A stretch of DNA of 64,000 nt from a bacterium (GTDB taxonomy: Bacteria > J088 > JAWLBW01). The notes under the pieces were generated by a model that saw nothing but the letters and a program-made list of their open reading frames with translations, made no database searches and had not been told where the DNA came from. The stretch is taken from NCBI GenBank assembly GCA_041690355.1, contig JAWLHK010000010.1, positions 1 through 64,000 of the forward strand, given 5' to 3'. Both the position numbers and the translations under genes were made by a program. Below, one piece after another: positions 49,785-58,685 of the stretch. The stretch's first letter is position 1, and each line of letters starts with the position of its first letter.

Positions 49785-50915
49785 CTAAATGATACCGCGC
49801 AGCGCGTCGAGAAAGTACTCGATGTCGGCCGCGCTCGTGAAGACGCCGGGGCTGACTCGCACCGCGCCCCCCGCCAGACTGCCCGCCCGCCGGTGCGCGC
49901 CCGGAGCGCAGTGCAGGCCGCCGCGCACGGCGATGCCGCCCGCAGCGAGCCGGCCCGCCACCTCTTCGCTGTTACGCCCGCGCACGGCGAAGGTGACCAG
50001 GTTGGCCCGATCGTTCTCTTCGACGGCGCTCAGGATGGCGACCTCCGGAAACACCGCGAGCGCTTCGAGAAGGTGCCGGATGTGCTCACGCTTGCGTGCG
50101 AGTACGCTTCTGCGCGGCTGTCCGGCCAGCCATTGCACGCCGGCGGCCAATCCCGCGATGCCCGGGAGATTGTGCGTTCCGGCTTCCAGGCGTTCGGGCA
50201 TGTCTTCGGGCATCTCTGCGCGGGAACTTTCGGTGCCCGTGCCCCCTTCGCGCCACGTGTCGAGCCTCAGGTCTTCGCGCACATAGAGCAGACCCACACC
50301 GGGCGGACCCAGCAGACCTTTATGGCCCGGCACGGCAAGCATGCCCCATCCGGCGGCGCCGGCGTCGATGTCGACGTAGCCCGCCGTCTGGGCCGCATCG
50401 ACGAGCAGCGGCACGCCGCGGCGCTTCGTCTCGAGGCCCAACTCTTCGAGCGGATTGACGGCGCCCAGGACGTTGGAGGCGTGCGTGCAGACCATGAGGC
50501 GCGTCTCCGGTTCGATCGCGGCGAGCATGGTTCGCGGAGCGATGCGCCCCGCCGCATCGGCCGGCACGCGGGTTACGCGCACGCCGCGGCGCTCGAGCGC
50601 GGCCAGCGGCCGTACGACCGCGTTGTGCTCGATGTCGCTGACGACGACATGGTCTCCGGGACGCAGCCACCCCTTGAGGGCCATGTTGAGCGAGTCGGTG
50701 GCGCCGGCCGTGAACACCAGGCGCGCGCTGTCTGACACACCGAGAAAGCGGGCGATCTCCTCGCGCCAGCCGAAGAGGTCGCGGGTGGCGGCCATGCCGG
50801 GGCCGTGCGCGCCGCGGTTGGCGCTGGCCCCGCGCCGCAGGGTCTGATCGACCGCGGCGTATACCGCCTCGGGCCGCGGGTGCGCGCTGGCGGCGTTATC
50901 CAGATAGACGTCCAC
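49785..50915 (-). CDS. Cysteine desulfurase family class V aminotransferase
   Basis: YLDNAA, HASNVLG, DAAQTAG, PGHKGLLGP, RGGLHCAP. Confidence 0.93.
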   Translation of the reverse strand: MDVYLDNAASAHPRPEAVYAAVDQTLRRGASANRGAHGPGMAATRDLFGWREEIARFLGVSDSARLVFTAGATDSLNMALKGWLRPGDHVVVSDIEHNAVVRPLAALERRGVRVTRVPADAAGRIAPRTMLAAIEPETRLMVCTHASNVLGAVNPLEELGLETKRRGVPLLVDAAQTAGYVDIDAGAAGWGMLAVPGHKGLLGPPGVGLLYVREDLRLDTWREGGTGTESSRAEMPEDMPERLEAGTHNLPGIAGLAAGVQWLAGQPRRSVLARKREHIRHLLEALAVFPEVAILSAVEENDRANLVTFAVRGRNSEEVAGRLAAGGIAVRGGLHCAPGAHRRAGSLAGGAVRVSPGVFTSAADIEYFLDALRGII

Positions 50916-50942
50916 CGTGATTTCCCCGCCGCCCGCGCGGCG

Positions 50943-51740
50943 CTATGGGTTCTCTTTCAGGCGCCGTTCGGCTTCGGCGAACACAGGCGGATCCTGCTCA
51001 CGGCACTTCTGCACGACCTGATTATAAAAGACGCGGGCCTGTTTGGCTTCACCGATTTTCTCGAGCGCAAGACCGGATTTGAGGCCGGCAGCACAGAACT
51101 TGGGACTCTCCGGATATTCCTTGAGCACGGTCGTGTAGCGGCGCAGGGCGTCAAGGTATTTCTCCTTGCGGAAATGGCTCTCGCCGATCCAGAAGTGAGC
51201 GTTCGAGACGTACTTGCTGTCGGGGCGCGCGCGAAGCAGGTGTTCGAAGCCGGCCGTGGCCTCGTCGTACTTGCCGGCGTTGAACAACTCCAGCGCCTTC
51301 TGATACAGCGCCGCGTCGTCGGCCGCGCCCGTCGCCGGCGCTGCCGCGCGGCTCTTCTCCATCTCAGTGAGCTTGGCCTGCAGGTCGGTCAGCGTCGCCT
51401 CGAGGCTGTCGATGCGCTGCGCATTGGCGCTGAACCGGCTGGCGGTCGTATTCACGTCGGCGGCCCGGCTTTCGAGCACGGTCACGCGGTCGCCGAGCGA
51501 GTCCTGGCGCGCCCCCATCGAGGCGACGGTCTCGCGGATGGCCCGCGCCTCGGCGCTCGCCTTCTTCGAAGAGGACTCGATGGCCGCCTCGAGCTGCTCG
51601 CCGCGCGACTGCTGTTTCGATTCGAGCTCCTGCACGCGCGTTTCGAGCAGAACCGTGCGCCGGCGAAGCTGATCGACCTCTTCCATCGTTGCGCAGCCGC
51701 CCATCACGAGCAGCAGCGCCCCCGCGGCCGCGCGCATCAT
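50943..51740 (-). CDS. cpoB: Tol-Pal system protein CpoB/YbgF
   Basis: Coiled coil plus TPR (NAHFWIGESHF); directly after pal with ATGA overlap. Confidence 0.88.
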   Translation of the reverse strand: MMRAAAGALLLVMGGCATMEEVDQLRRRTVLLETRVQELESKQQSRGEQLEAAIESSSKKASAEARAIRETVASMGARQDSLGDRVTVLESRAADVNTTASRFSANAQRIDSLEATLTDLQAKLTEMEKSRAAAPATGAADDAALYQKALELFNAGKYDEATAGFEHLLRARPDSKYVSNAHFWIGESHFRKEKYLDALRRYTTVLKEYPESPKFCAAGLKSGLALEKIGEAKQARVFYNQVVQKCREQDPPVFAEAERRLKENP

Positions 51741-52513
51741 TTCACCACGAACTCGGCCCGGCGATTCTCGGACCATCCCGATTCGTCGTGGGCCTGGGAA
51801 ACGGGCATCTCTTCGCCGTAGCTGATGGTAGTCATGCGATCGGCTTCGACGCCGAGACGGATGAGGGCTTCGCGCACGGCGCCGGCGCGGCGCTCGCCGA
51901 GAGCCAGATTGTATTCTCCGGTTCCGCGTTCGTCGGTATGCCCTTCAATCTGGACGCGCACGCTGGGGCGCGCCTGAATCCATTCGGCATTGGCCTTCAC
52001 GATTTCGAGGGCCTCGGGCGACAGATTGGCGTCGTCGAATCCGAAGCCAACCGGGCGCAGGCCTTCGACGATGGAGCCCTCGCCGAGCGCGCCCTCTCCT
52101 GTGCGCGTGCGATCGATCTCGGCGGCGACTTCGGCTTCGGTAAAGCTGCGGCCTCCGAGACGCACACCGTCGCCGTCGCCGGCGCCGCCCGAACCCTTGC
52201 CGGCACCCTTGGTACCGGGGACGCACCTGGTATTGCGCGCGGCCTCGACGCGGGCCACCTCGGCGAGCTGCTGCGCCGTCTCGGCGCTCCTCTTCGCGTC
52301 GTCGTACTCCTTGTCGTTGTTCAGGCGGTACGTGCGCGCCATCATCTCTTCTGCGCTCTGGTACTCGGGAGTGGCGCAATCCGGGGCGCCGGCGTCGCGC
52401 GCGGCCTGCATGGCCGCTTCGGCGGCCTGAATCTGATCGACCGGCGACTTGGGGCACCCGGCAAGCAGGACCCCCAGAAGAAACAGGGCAGCGGCAGTCT
52501 TCATGCTTTTCAT
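51737..52513 (-). CDS. pal: Peptidoglycan-associated lipoprotein with an extra N-terminal helical domain
   Basis: Lipobox LAGC; IEGHTDERGTGEYNLALGERRA; NRRAEF. Confidence 0.9.
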   Translation of the reverse strand: MKSMKTAAALFLLGVLLAGCPKSPVDQIQAAEAAMQAARDAGAPDCATPEYQSAEEMMARTYRLNNDKEYDDAKRSAETAQQLAEVARVEAARNTRCVPGTKGAGKGSGGAGDGDGVRLGGRSFTEAEVAAEIDRTRTGEGALGEGSIVEGLRPVGFGFDDANLSPEALEIVKANAEWIQARPSVRVQIEGHTDERGTGEYNLALGERRAGAVREALIRLGVEADRMTTISYGEEMPVSQAHDESGWSENRRAEFVVK

Positions 52514-52537
52514 ACTCTGGTTACCCGAAATTCTGGT

Positions 52538-53836
52538 TTAGCGGTTGAAGTAGCGGCCCCAGGCCGGGTTGCGTTCGTCGCCCGGAAGGCTGGTCACCTG
52601 CGTCTCGGTGCCGGTGATCGAATCGATGGCCCACAGGTCGAAATTGCCGCGGCGGTTCGAGCTGAACACGACGTAGCGGCCGTCGGGGCTCCAGCTCGGA
52701 TCCTCGTGCGAGCCGGCCGAGGCGGTCAGGCGCTTGCGTTCGGAACCGTCGGGGCGCACGAGCCAGATGTGATTGTCGTCGCGGTTGAAGTAGGCGATCC
52801 ACTCGCCCGTCGGGCTCCAGGCCGGCGACGAGTTGTAGCGGCCTTCGAGCGTGACCCGCCGGACGTCGGTTCCGTCTACGTTGGCGACGAAGATCTGGGG
52901 GTTGCCGAGGCGGTCGCTCGTGAACGCAATCTTCGTTCCGTCGGGGCTGAAGGTCGGCTGCACGTCGATGGCGCCGTTGCGCGTCACCCGCTGCACGACG
53001 TCGCCCTTGCGGTTGAGCAGATAGATCTCGCTGTTGCCCTCGAACGACAGGGTCGCGGCCACGTACTGGCCGTCGTGCGAAAAGGCGGCGCCGGTGTTGG
53101 AGCCGTTGCGCGTCGAGATGGCCTCGTCGCTGCCGTTCACGACATCCATGAGAAAGAGATCGGGGTTGCGGCGCTTGTAGCTGGTATAGGCGAGCAGCTT
53201 GCCGTCGGGGCTCCACGAGGGGGCGAGGTTGAGCATGTTGTTGCGCGTGACCGGCTGCAGGTCAGAACCGTCGAGATCCATGACCCAGAGATCCTTGCGG
53301 TTCGTCTCGGGCTTGCGGTATTCAAAGGCGATGCGCGAGTTGAACGGTCCCTTGCGGCCGGTGATGAACTCCATGAGTTCGTTGGCGAAGGCGTGCACGG
53401 CAGGGGCGACGTCGCCGGCCACCTGGTACTGCTTGCCGAGAATCATCTTCTCCTGGATCGGATCGAAATAGCCGAGCTCGAGCAGCCAGCCTTTGCCCTG
53501 ACGCGAGAGGCGGCCGCGCACGAGCGAATCGGCGCCGGTCATCTTCCACAGCTTGTACTGCGGCGCCTCGAAGGAGTCGCCCTGCGCCTGCCGCTCCCAG
53601 GCCGCCGTGTCGACCGTGCGGAATACGCCGGAGAAATCGAGGTCCTTGCGGAGCAGCTCGGCCGAGCGCGCCGCTTCTTTCGGGTCGCCGCCGGTTCCCG
53701 TCAGCAGGGGGGGAACCGCAACGCTCACCTTGCGCGCCGTGGCGTTGGAGATGTCGATGATCACTTTCTCCTGCGCTTCGGCGGTTGCGGCAAAGCTGCC
53801 GAGCAGAATCAGAATCAGCCAGCGTTTCATGTTCAT
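52538..53836 (-). CDS. tolB: TolB beta-propeller protein
   Basis: Repeated PxWSPDG blades; operon position. Confidence 0.95.
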   Translation of the reverse strand: MNMKRWLILILLGSFAATAEAQEKVIIDISNATARKVSVAVPPLLTGTGGDPKEAARSAELLRKDLDFSGVFRTVDTAAWERQAQGDSFEAPQYKLWKMTGADSLVRGRLSRQGKGWLLELGYFDPIQEKMILGKQYQVAGDVAPAVHAFANELMEFITGRKGPFNSRIAFEYRKPETNRKDLWVMDLDGSDLQPVTRNNMLNLAPSWSPDGKLLAYTSYKRRNPDLFLMDVVNGSDEAISTRNGSNTGAAFSHDGQYVAATLSFEGNSEIYLLNRKGDVVQRVTRNGAIDVQPTFSPDGTKIAFTSDRLGNPQIFVANVDGTDVRRVTLEGRYNSSPAWSPTGEWIAYFNRDDNHIWLVRPDGSERKRLTASAGSHEDPSWSPDGRYVVFSSNRRGNFDLWAIDSITGTETQVTSLPGDERNPAWGRYFNR

Positions 53837-53842
53837 GGACTC

Positions 53843-54724
53843 CTATCGCCCTTTCGGCGTGAACCGCGAATAGATTTCAAAAACCCCGCGCACGGTCGTC
53901 GGCGGGGCAGGCAGCGGGCTCGCGGCCCAGACGGCGCGCAGGGCGCTTTCGTCGAGGACGCGGTTGCCGCTCGAATTGTCGACCCAGGCATCCTTGACCG
54001 TTCCGTCTGCGCCGATGCGGATGCCCACCTGGACCGTTCCCGCGAATGCGGTCAGATGCGTCGGAACCGCCCAGCGGCTCTCGATGGCGGTCTGCACCTG
54101 TCCGCCGTAAATCTGAATGGCCAGCGCGCCGATCTCCCCCTTGGTCGCACCGTCGCCGCCCGCGCCCGGCGCGCCTTCGCCGCGGGCGCCGGCCTTGCTC
54201 TCGATCAGCTTGCCGACGTTGGCGAGCGTGGCCGCGAAATCGTCGCCCTTGGCCTGCTCAGCCGTCTTCTCGGCCTGCTTTCCGGCGTTCTTCTTCTGCG
54301 GCTCTCTGACCGACCCCTTCGCAGACTCGGCCGGCTTCGCCGGTTTCGCCGGTTCTTTTTTCGCGGGCGACTTTTCTTTCGACTTCTCTTTTTTCGCCGG
54401 CACCGCCTTACGCGGATCAACTGCCGTCTTCTTTTTCGGCTCGGCCTTCGGCTTCTCTGCGGCCTTCGGCGGCGGCTTGGGCGCCTCGGCCCGGGCCGTC
54501 TTGGGCGCGGGCTCGACCGGCCTGGGGGCGGGGGTGCTTCTGCCGCCCCCCGTGCCGCCCGACGGCACGGCCGATACCAGCTTCACATTGTATACCGGCG
54601 CGATGACACGGTCAGGCGCTTTGAACAAAGAAGCGGCGCCCACGACGAACCCGTGCAGCAGCAGGCTGCCGCCGAGAAACAGGGGAAGCATTCGACTTTC
54701 GGGGCGCTCGCGTCGCCTGCCCAA
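53843..54724 (-). CDS. tolA: TolA/TonB-like protein
   Basis: N-terminal TM with SLLLH, a K/A/P/E-rich linker, and SSGNRVLDESALRAV. Start uncertain. Confidence 0.88.
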   Translation of the reverse strand: MGRRRERPESRMLPLFLGGSLLLHGFVVGAASLFKAPDRVIAPVYNVKLVSAVPSGGTGGGRSTPAPRPVEPAPKTARAEAPKPPPKAAEKPKAEPKKKTAVDPRKAVPAKKEKSKEKSPAKKEPAKPAKPAESAKGSVREPQKKNAGKQAEKTAEQAKGDDFAATLANVGKLIESKAGARGEGAPGAGGDGATKGEIGALAIQIYGGQVQTAIESRWAVPTHLTAFAGTVQVGIRIGADGTVKDAWVDNSSGNRVLDESALRAVWAASPLPAPPTTVRGVFEIYSRFTPKGR

Positions 54725-54725
54725 C

Positions 54726-55130
54726 CTAGTTCTCCGGATCCGTCATCATGCCCAGGTCCTGCACCCCGGCGCGTTCGAGCGCCGCCATGACGCGCACGAC
54801 CGTGCCGTAGACGACCTGCTCGTCGGCGCGCAGAAAGACCTTGCGGTTGGGATTGTCGCCGCGCATCTGCTGAATCTGCGCGCCGATTTCCTTGAGCGAC
54901 GTCTCGACCTCGCCCAGAAAGAGCTTGCGATCGCGCGTCACCGAGACGACGATGGCGCTGTCGTCGGCGGGCGACGGCGCGGCGTCGGCCTTCGGAAGCG
55001 TCAGCTGCACCCCCTGCTGCATCATCGGCGCGCTCACCATGAAGATGATGAGCAGCACGAGCATGATGTCGACCAGGGGGGTGACATTGATCTCGGCCAG
55101 GCCGCGCTTATCGGAGCCGCCCGTCTGCAT
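54726..55130 (-). CDS. tolR: TolR
   Basis: EINVTPLVDIMLVLLIIFMV. Confidence 0.93.
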   Translation of the reverse strand: MQTGGSDKRGLAEINVTPLVDIMLVLLIIFMVSAPMMQQGVQLTLPKADAAPSPADDSAIVVSVTRDRKLFLGEVETSLKEIGAQIQQMRGDNPNRKVFLRADEQVVYGTVVRVMAALERAGVQDLGMMTDPEN

Positions 55131-55132
55131 GG

Positions 55133-55855
55133 TTACTTGAGGAAATACCGTTCGGAAAGGTTCTGGAGCTCGAGGCCGAAATTATCCATCTCGGTCTGCA
55201 GCCGCCGCACGTAGCCGAGCAGCCAGTTGTAGGCGGCAACGGCGGGAATGGCGGCGGCGAGCCCGGTGGCCGTCGCGATCAGCGCTTCTGAAATCGGTCC
55301 GGCGACGACGGCCAGCGATGCCGAGCCGGTGCTGCCGATGCCGGCAAAGGCGTCCATGATGCCCCACACGGTGCCGAAGAGCCCGATGAAGGGGGCCGCG
55401 GCCGCCACGGTGCCGAGAAACGAGAGGTAGCTTTCGAGGCGCAGGTTCTCCTGCATGGCGCTCGACTTCAGCGTGCGCTCGAGCCCCTGCGACCCGGTGC
55501 GGATCAATTCGCGCATGGCGGTGTTCTCGCCGACGCTCTCACGTTCCTTGCGAAACGTGCGCAGCTCGCGGAAGGCGTCGAGAAACAGGCGGGCGACGGG
55601 GCTCCCCTTCAGCTCGCGCGCGCGTTCGGCCGCGTTCTCGAGGTTCTTCGACTCCCAGAACTCGTCGAGAAACTCATCGGTCTGCCGGATGGCCCGGCGC
55701 AGCTGCACGGCCTTGAAGGCGATGATCGCCCAGGTGAGCACCGAGAGAACGATGAGCAGGATGAGCACGCTCAGGACGACGAATCCCGACTGGCTTATCT
55801 GCTCCCAGGCTGAAACCGAGAGGACGAGCGCGTGCGCAAGCGTCAGATGGGTCAT
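55133..55855 (-). CDS. tolQ: TolQ
   Basis: APFIGLFGTVWGIM, ISEALIATATGL. Confidence 0.93.
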   Translation of the reverse strand: MTHLTLAHALVLSVSAWEQISQSGFVVLSVLILLIVLSVLTWAIIAFKAVQLRRAIRQTDEFLDEFWESKNLENAAERARELKGSPVARLFLDAFRELRTFRKERESVGENTAMRELIRTGSQGLERTLKSSAMQENLRLESYLSFLGTVAAAAPFIGLFGTVWGIMDAFAGIGSTGSASLAVVAGPISEALIATATGLAAAIPAVAAYNWLLGYVRRLQTEMDNFGLELQNLSERYFLK

Positions 55856-57195
55856 TCTGCTCCAACGGTAAAGACGTTCGTGATCGCCAGATCGCGCGCA
55901 TTGATTCCGGCGGTGCGAAACGGGCCGACGACGGCAAAGTATAGTCCGGGCTGCAGGTCGAGGCGCACCTTGCGTTCGAAATCGCAGGGCGCGTCGCCCG
56001 CGCAGACCGCTTCTTCATAGACGACGGTGGTTTCGACTTCCGGCGCCTTGAGGGTACCGGGTGTGCGCGGGTCTACACAGCTGTCTGGCGCTACGTGGTG
56101 AATCTGCAAATCCCGGGCCAGCGGGGCCTTGCCGCGGATCCACACCTGCGCCCCTTCGGCGACCCGGCCCGGCGCGGCCCGATCGCCGACCGTACCGACG
56201 TAGGCTCCGGCGCCGTCGAAGATGCGGAATTCCACAAATGTGTCTTTTTCATGCACCACGATCCGCCCGGCGACCAGTCCGGCGGTCAGATCGGTCCACG
56301 TAAACGAGGGGCTGAGGATCGAAGTCATCGGCAGGCCGAGCGGCGGGCCCGACGAAAGCTGCACGGTGTCTTCGTAGGGGAGCAGCGTGCGATGGTTGTC
56401 GCTGCCGCCGACCGCGACCGTGTGGCGCCCCTGCAGGCGATCGCAGAGATAGCCTTCGTAGGCCATGACATCATATAGATCCCAGCCCACGCCGCCGTTC
56501 CAGATCTCGAGCGCGTCATAGTCATAGGTCGTCCAGTCGAAGACCATCCAAGGCGTGCCCGAGACGAACGGATGATTGACGATGGCGAACCCGCCGCGCT
56601 CGTGACACTGGCGCACCGTCTCGTCGCCGTTCACGTCGCCGGGCGGGCGGTCGCGGAAAGCGCCGGTGCGATCGAAGGTCTCGAGATCGAGCGGAATGCA
56701 GCCGACATGGCCCACCGGCGAAAGGTCGCCCGTGCCCGCCGTCGAGCAGTCGATGCACTCATCGGCCTTGAGCGTGCTGACGGGCGATATCTCCGATCCG
56801 TCGACCATGAGAAAGCTCGCCGACGAGAGCGCCGCGGCGGTATCCCAGAGCGGAAACTCGGGCCCCGAGTTCCAGCGGTCGCCGTACTCGACCGTCGTCC
56901 AGGTCACGCTGCCGGCGGAATTGGAGTGATCGGTCAGGACCAGAAAGTCGAGGCCGATCTCGGCCGCTTTCACGGCGATCGTCTCGGGAAACGATTGCAG
57001 AGAGCCGTCGGGAAGCCGGGTGTCGTTGGAGCCGACACTGGTGTGCACGTGAAAGTCGCCGGCGTACCAGTCCGCCTGCGGACCCTCACTCCAGACCGGG
57101 TCGCGTGCCGGGGCCTCTGTCGTGCAGGCGGTCAGAAGACAGGACAGGGCGAAACCGGCCGTTGCCCAGGTCATGGGCGGTCGCAGGTTGGTCAT
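55852..57195 (-). CDS. PHP-domain (CehA/McbA-like) metallohydrolase lipoprotein
   Basis: GDFHVHT, LTDH, NHP, EIWNG, GGSDNH; lipobox LTAC; TACAAT 6 nt before ATG 57195. Confidence 0.85.
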   Translation of the reverse strand: MTNLRPPMTWATAGFALSCLLTACTTEAPARDPVWSEGPQADWYAGDFHVHTSVGSNDTRLPDGSLQSFPETIAVKAAEIGLDFLVLTDHSNSAGSVTWTTVEYGDRWNSGPEFPLWDTAAALSSASFLMVDGSEISPVSTLKADECIDCSTAGTGDLSPVGHVGCIPLDLETFDRTGAFRDRPPGDVNGDETVRQCHERGGFAIVNHPFVSGTPWMVFDWTTYDYDALEIWNGGVGWDLYDVMAYEGYLCDRLQGRHTVAVGGSDNHRTLLPYEDTVQLSSGPPLGLPMTSILSPSFTWTDLTAGLVAGRIVVHEKDTFVEFRIFDGAGAYVGTVGDRAAPGRVAEGAQVWIRGKAPLARDLQIHHVAPDSCVDPRTPGTLKAPEVETTVVYEEAVCAGDAPCDFERKVRLDLQPGLYFAVVGPFRTAGINARDLAITNVFTVGAE

Positions 57196-57429
57196 GGCGT
57201 CATTGTATCGGAGACATTTTCCGCCTCGCAAACAGCGGCTCCCGGCGCAGGCACGGATCGCGGATCGGCGGAGCATTGCGTGGCGATTCGGCCCGCCGCC
57301 AGCGGGTTGCACACCAGGCGGGACCGGGGCGCGGCTTGAGGCGCACGAGCGGCGCAACCGGCGTGGGACCGACTGCCGGATCGCTTGCGCCGAACCAGGG
57401 GGAGGGTTACGATAACGACCGGGGGAACT

Positions 57430-57591
57430 ATGAGCGGAAACCAACAATATGTCGACTGCCCCATCTGCGACGCCGTCTGCCCGATTGAAGACGACGCCAA
57501 GGTCGGGGACGAGATTTACTGTTCGTACTGCAGCAGCCCGCTGGACCTTCGCAAGAACGGCGACGGCGGCCTGAAAGCAGTCGAGCAGTAG
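57430..57591 (+). CDS. Small zinc-ribbon protein (LysW-like fold)
   Basis: CPIC...CSYC in 53 aa; GGGGGA RBS. Confidence 0.75.
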   Translation: MSGNQQYVDCPICDAVCPIEDDAKVGDEIYCSYCSSPLDLRKNGDGGLKAVEQ

Positions 57592-57681
57592 GCGCAAGTC
57601 TCGCCGGCCCCGGCCGGGACAGCTTCTGCCGCCCGGGCGCCCGCAGATGCGCGCCGTAGTCCATCGGCCCATCATGGGGTC

Positions 57682-58461
57682 ATGGAACGCAGAATCTACG
57701 GGCAACTGATCGTTGCCGCACTCTTCGTGTTCGGTCTGGCCCTGCCGGCCGACGCCCTGCAGCAGCAGGATACCGGCCCGCGCAGTTCGCGCGAAGACGC
57801 GGCCCTGCGCGAGCGCATCCACGAGCGCCTGCTCGTCGACAGCCGCACGCAGTCTTACCGCTTCACCATCGAAACGCGCGGCGGGCACGTCGTGCTGCGC
57901 GGCGACGCCGACACCCTGCGCGACGCAGGTATCGCGGTCGCCCTCGTGATGTCGACCCGCGGCGTGCGCTCGGTGGGCACGGAGCTGGAAATCACCGGCC
58001 CCGCGCGCGCCAATGAAGAGATTCTGGCCGATGCGCGCCAGGCGCTCGCCTTTCGCTCGTGGGCCGACTCCGAGGCCGATATCCGGGTTGAGAACCAGCG
58101 CATCACGCTGACCGGGCGCTTTCCGAATTTCGCGCGCCTCGACACGGCCGTCGATGCGCTCAGCAATATCGAGGGCATCCGCGGCCTGACGATCCGCGCG
58201 CAGATCGATCCGGTGCTCTCCTTTTCCGAGGCCTACCTCACGCGGGCCGTCGCCAGAACGCTCGTTAACGACGCCTACGTCGACGCCGATCAGATTCGCG
58301 TCGGCGCCCAGGCAGGGACCATCTGGCTGGAGGGGACCGTCGCGAGCGCGGATGAACGGCGCCGCGCCGAGATGCTGGCCCGCTTCGTCACCGGCGTGCG
58401 GGGGGTCGAGAACCGGATCCGGATCGCCGGCGCCGATCGCGCGCGGCAGCCTGCGGGCTGA
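57682..58461 (+). CDS. BON domain protein (three BON-like repeats)
   Basis: Signal peptide; GHVVLRG..GVRSV, ITLTG..GIRGL, IWLEGTV..GVRGVENRI. Confidence 0.88.
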   Translation: MERRIYGQLIVAALFVFGLALPADALQQQDTGPRSSREDAALRERIHERLLVDSRTQSYRFTIETRGGHVVLRGDADTLRDAGIAVALVMSTRGVRSVGTELEITGPARANEEILADARQALAFRSWADSEADIRVENQRITLTGRFPNFARLDTAVDALSNIEGIRGLTIRAQIDPVLSFSEAYLTRAVARTLVNDAYVDADQIRVGAQAGTIWLEGTVASADERRRAEMLARFVTGVRGVENRIRIAGADRARQPAG

Positions 58462-58508
58462 GCGGCGTCTGGCACGTGCGAATACCCAGTTCCTGGTATT
58501 GTAAACAC

Positions 58509-58640
58509 CAGTGTTTTACTTTACCTTTACTGGTGGCAAGCATGGAAGCCGACGCCGGCTTGCCGCCAAGTAAATCGCCTTCCGGACAAAGGCAATTTGC
58601 TTCCTCCCTGCCCGCTATCACCGATGGCGGGCTTTTTTTT
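58509..58640 (+). ncRNA. Candidate small RNA (about 130 nt)
   Basis: Extended -10 TGgTATTGT (58494-58502); hairpins at 58526-58574 and 58577-58593; CU-rich linker; strong terminator. Confidence 0.45.
58610..58640 (+). terminator. Intrinsic terminator
   Basis: GCCCGCTATC-ACC-GATGGCGGGC followed by T8. Confidence 0.9.
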
Positions 58641-58665
58641 GCCTGCGCGCCGGAGCTGAGCCGGC

Positions 58666-58674
58666 TGTTATAAT
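58666..58674 (+). promoter_or_regulatory. Extended -10 promoter of mnmE
   Basis: TGtTATAAT ends 11 nt before ATG 58686; no SD. Confidence 0.7.
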
Positions 58675-58685
58675 GTTCTCTTCCC

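Noticed and set aside
58470-58485. Sigma54 promoter for the candidate sRNA
   Set aside because: TGGCACG is present, but the -12 position reads TA instead of GC.
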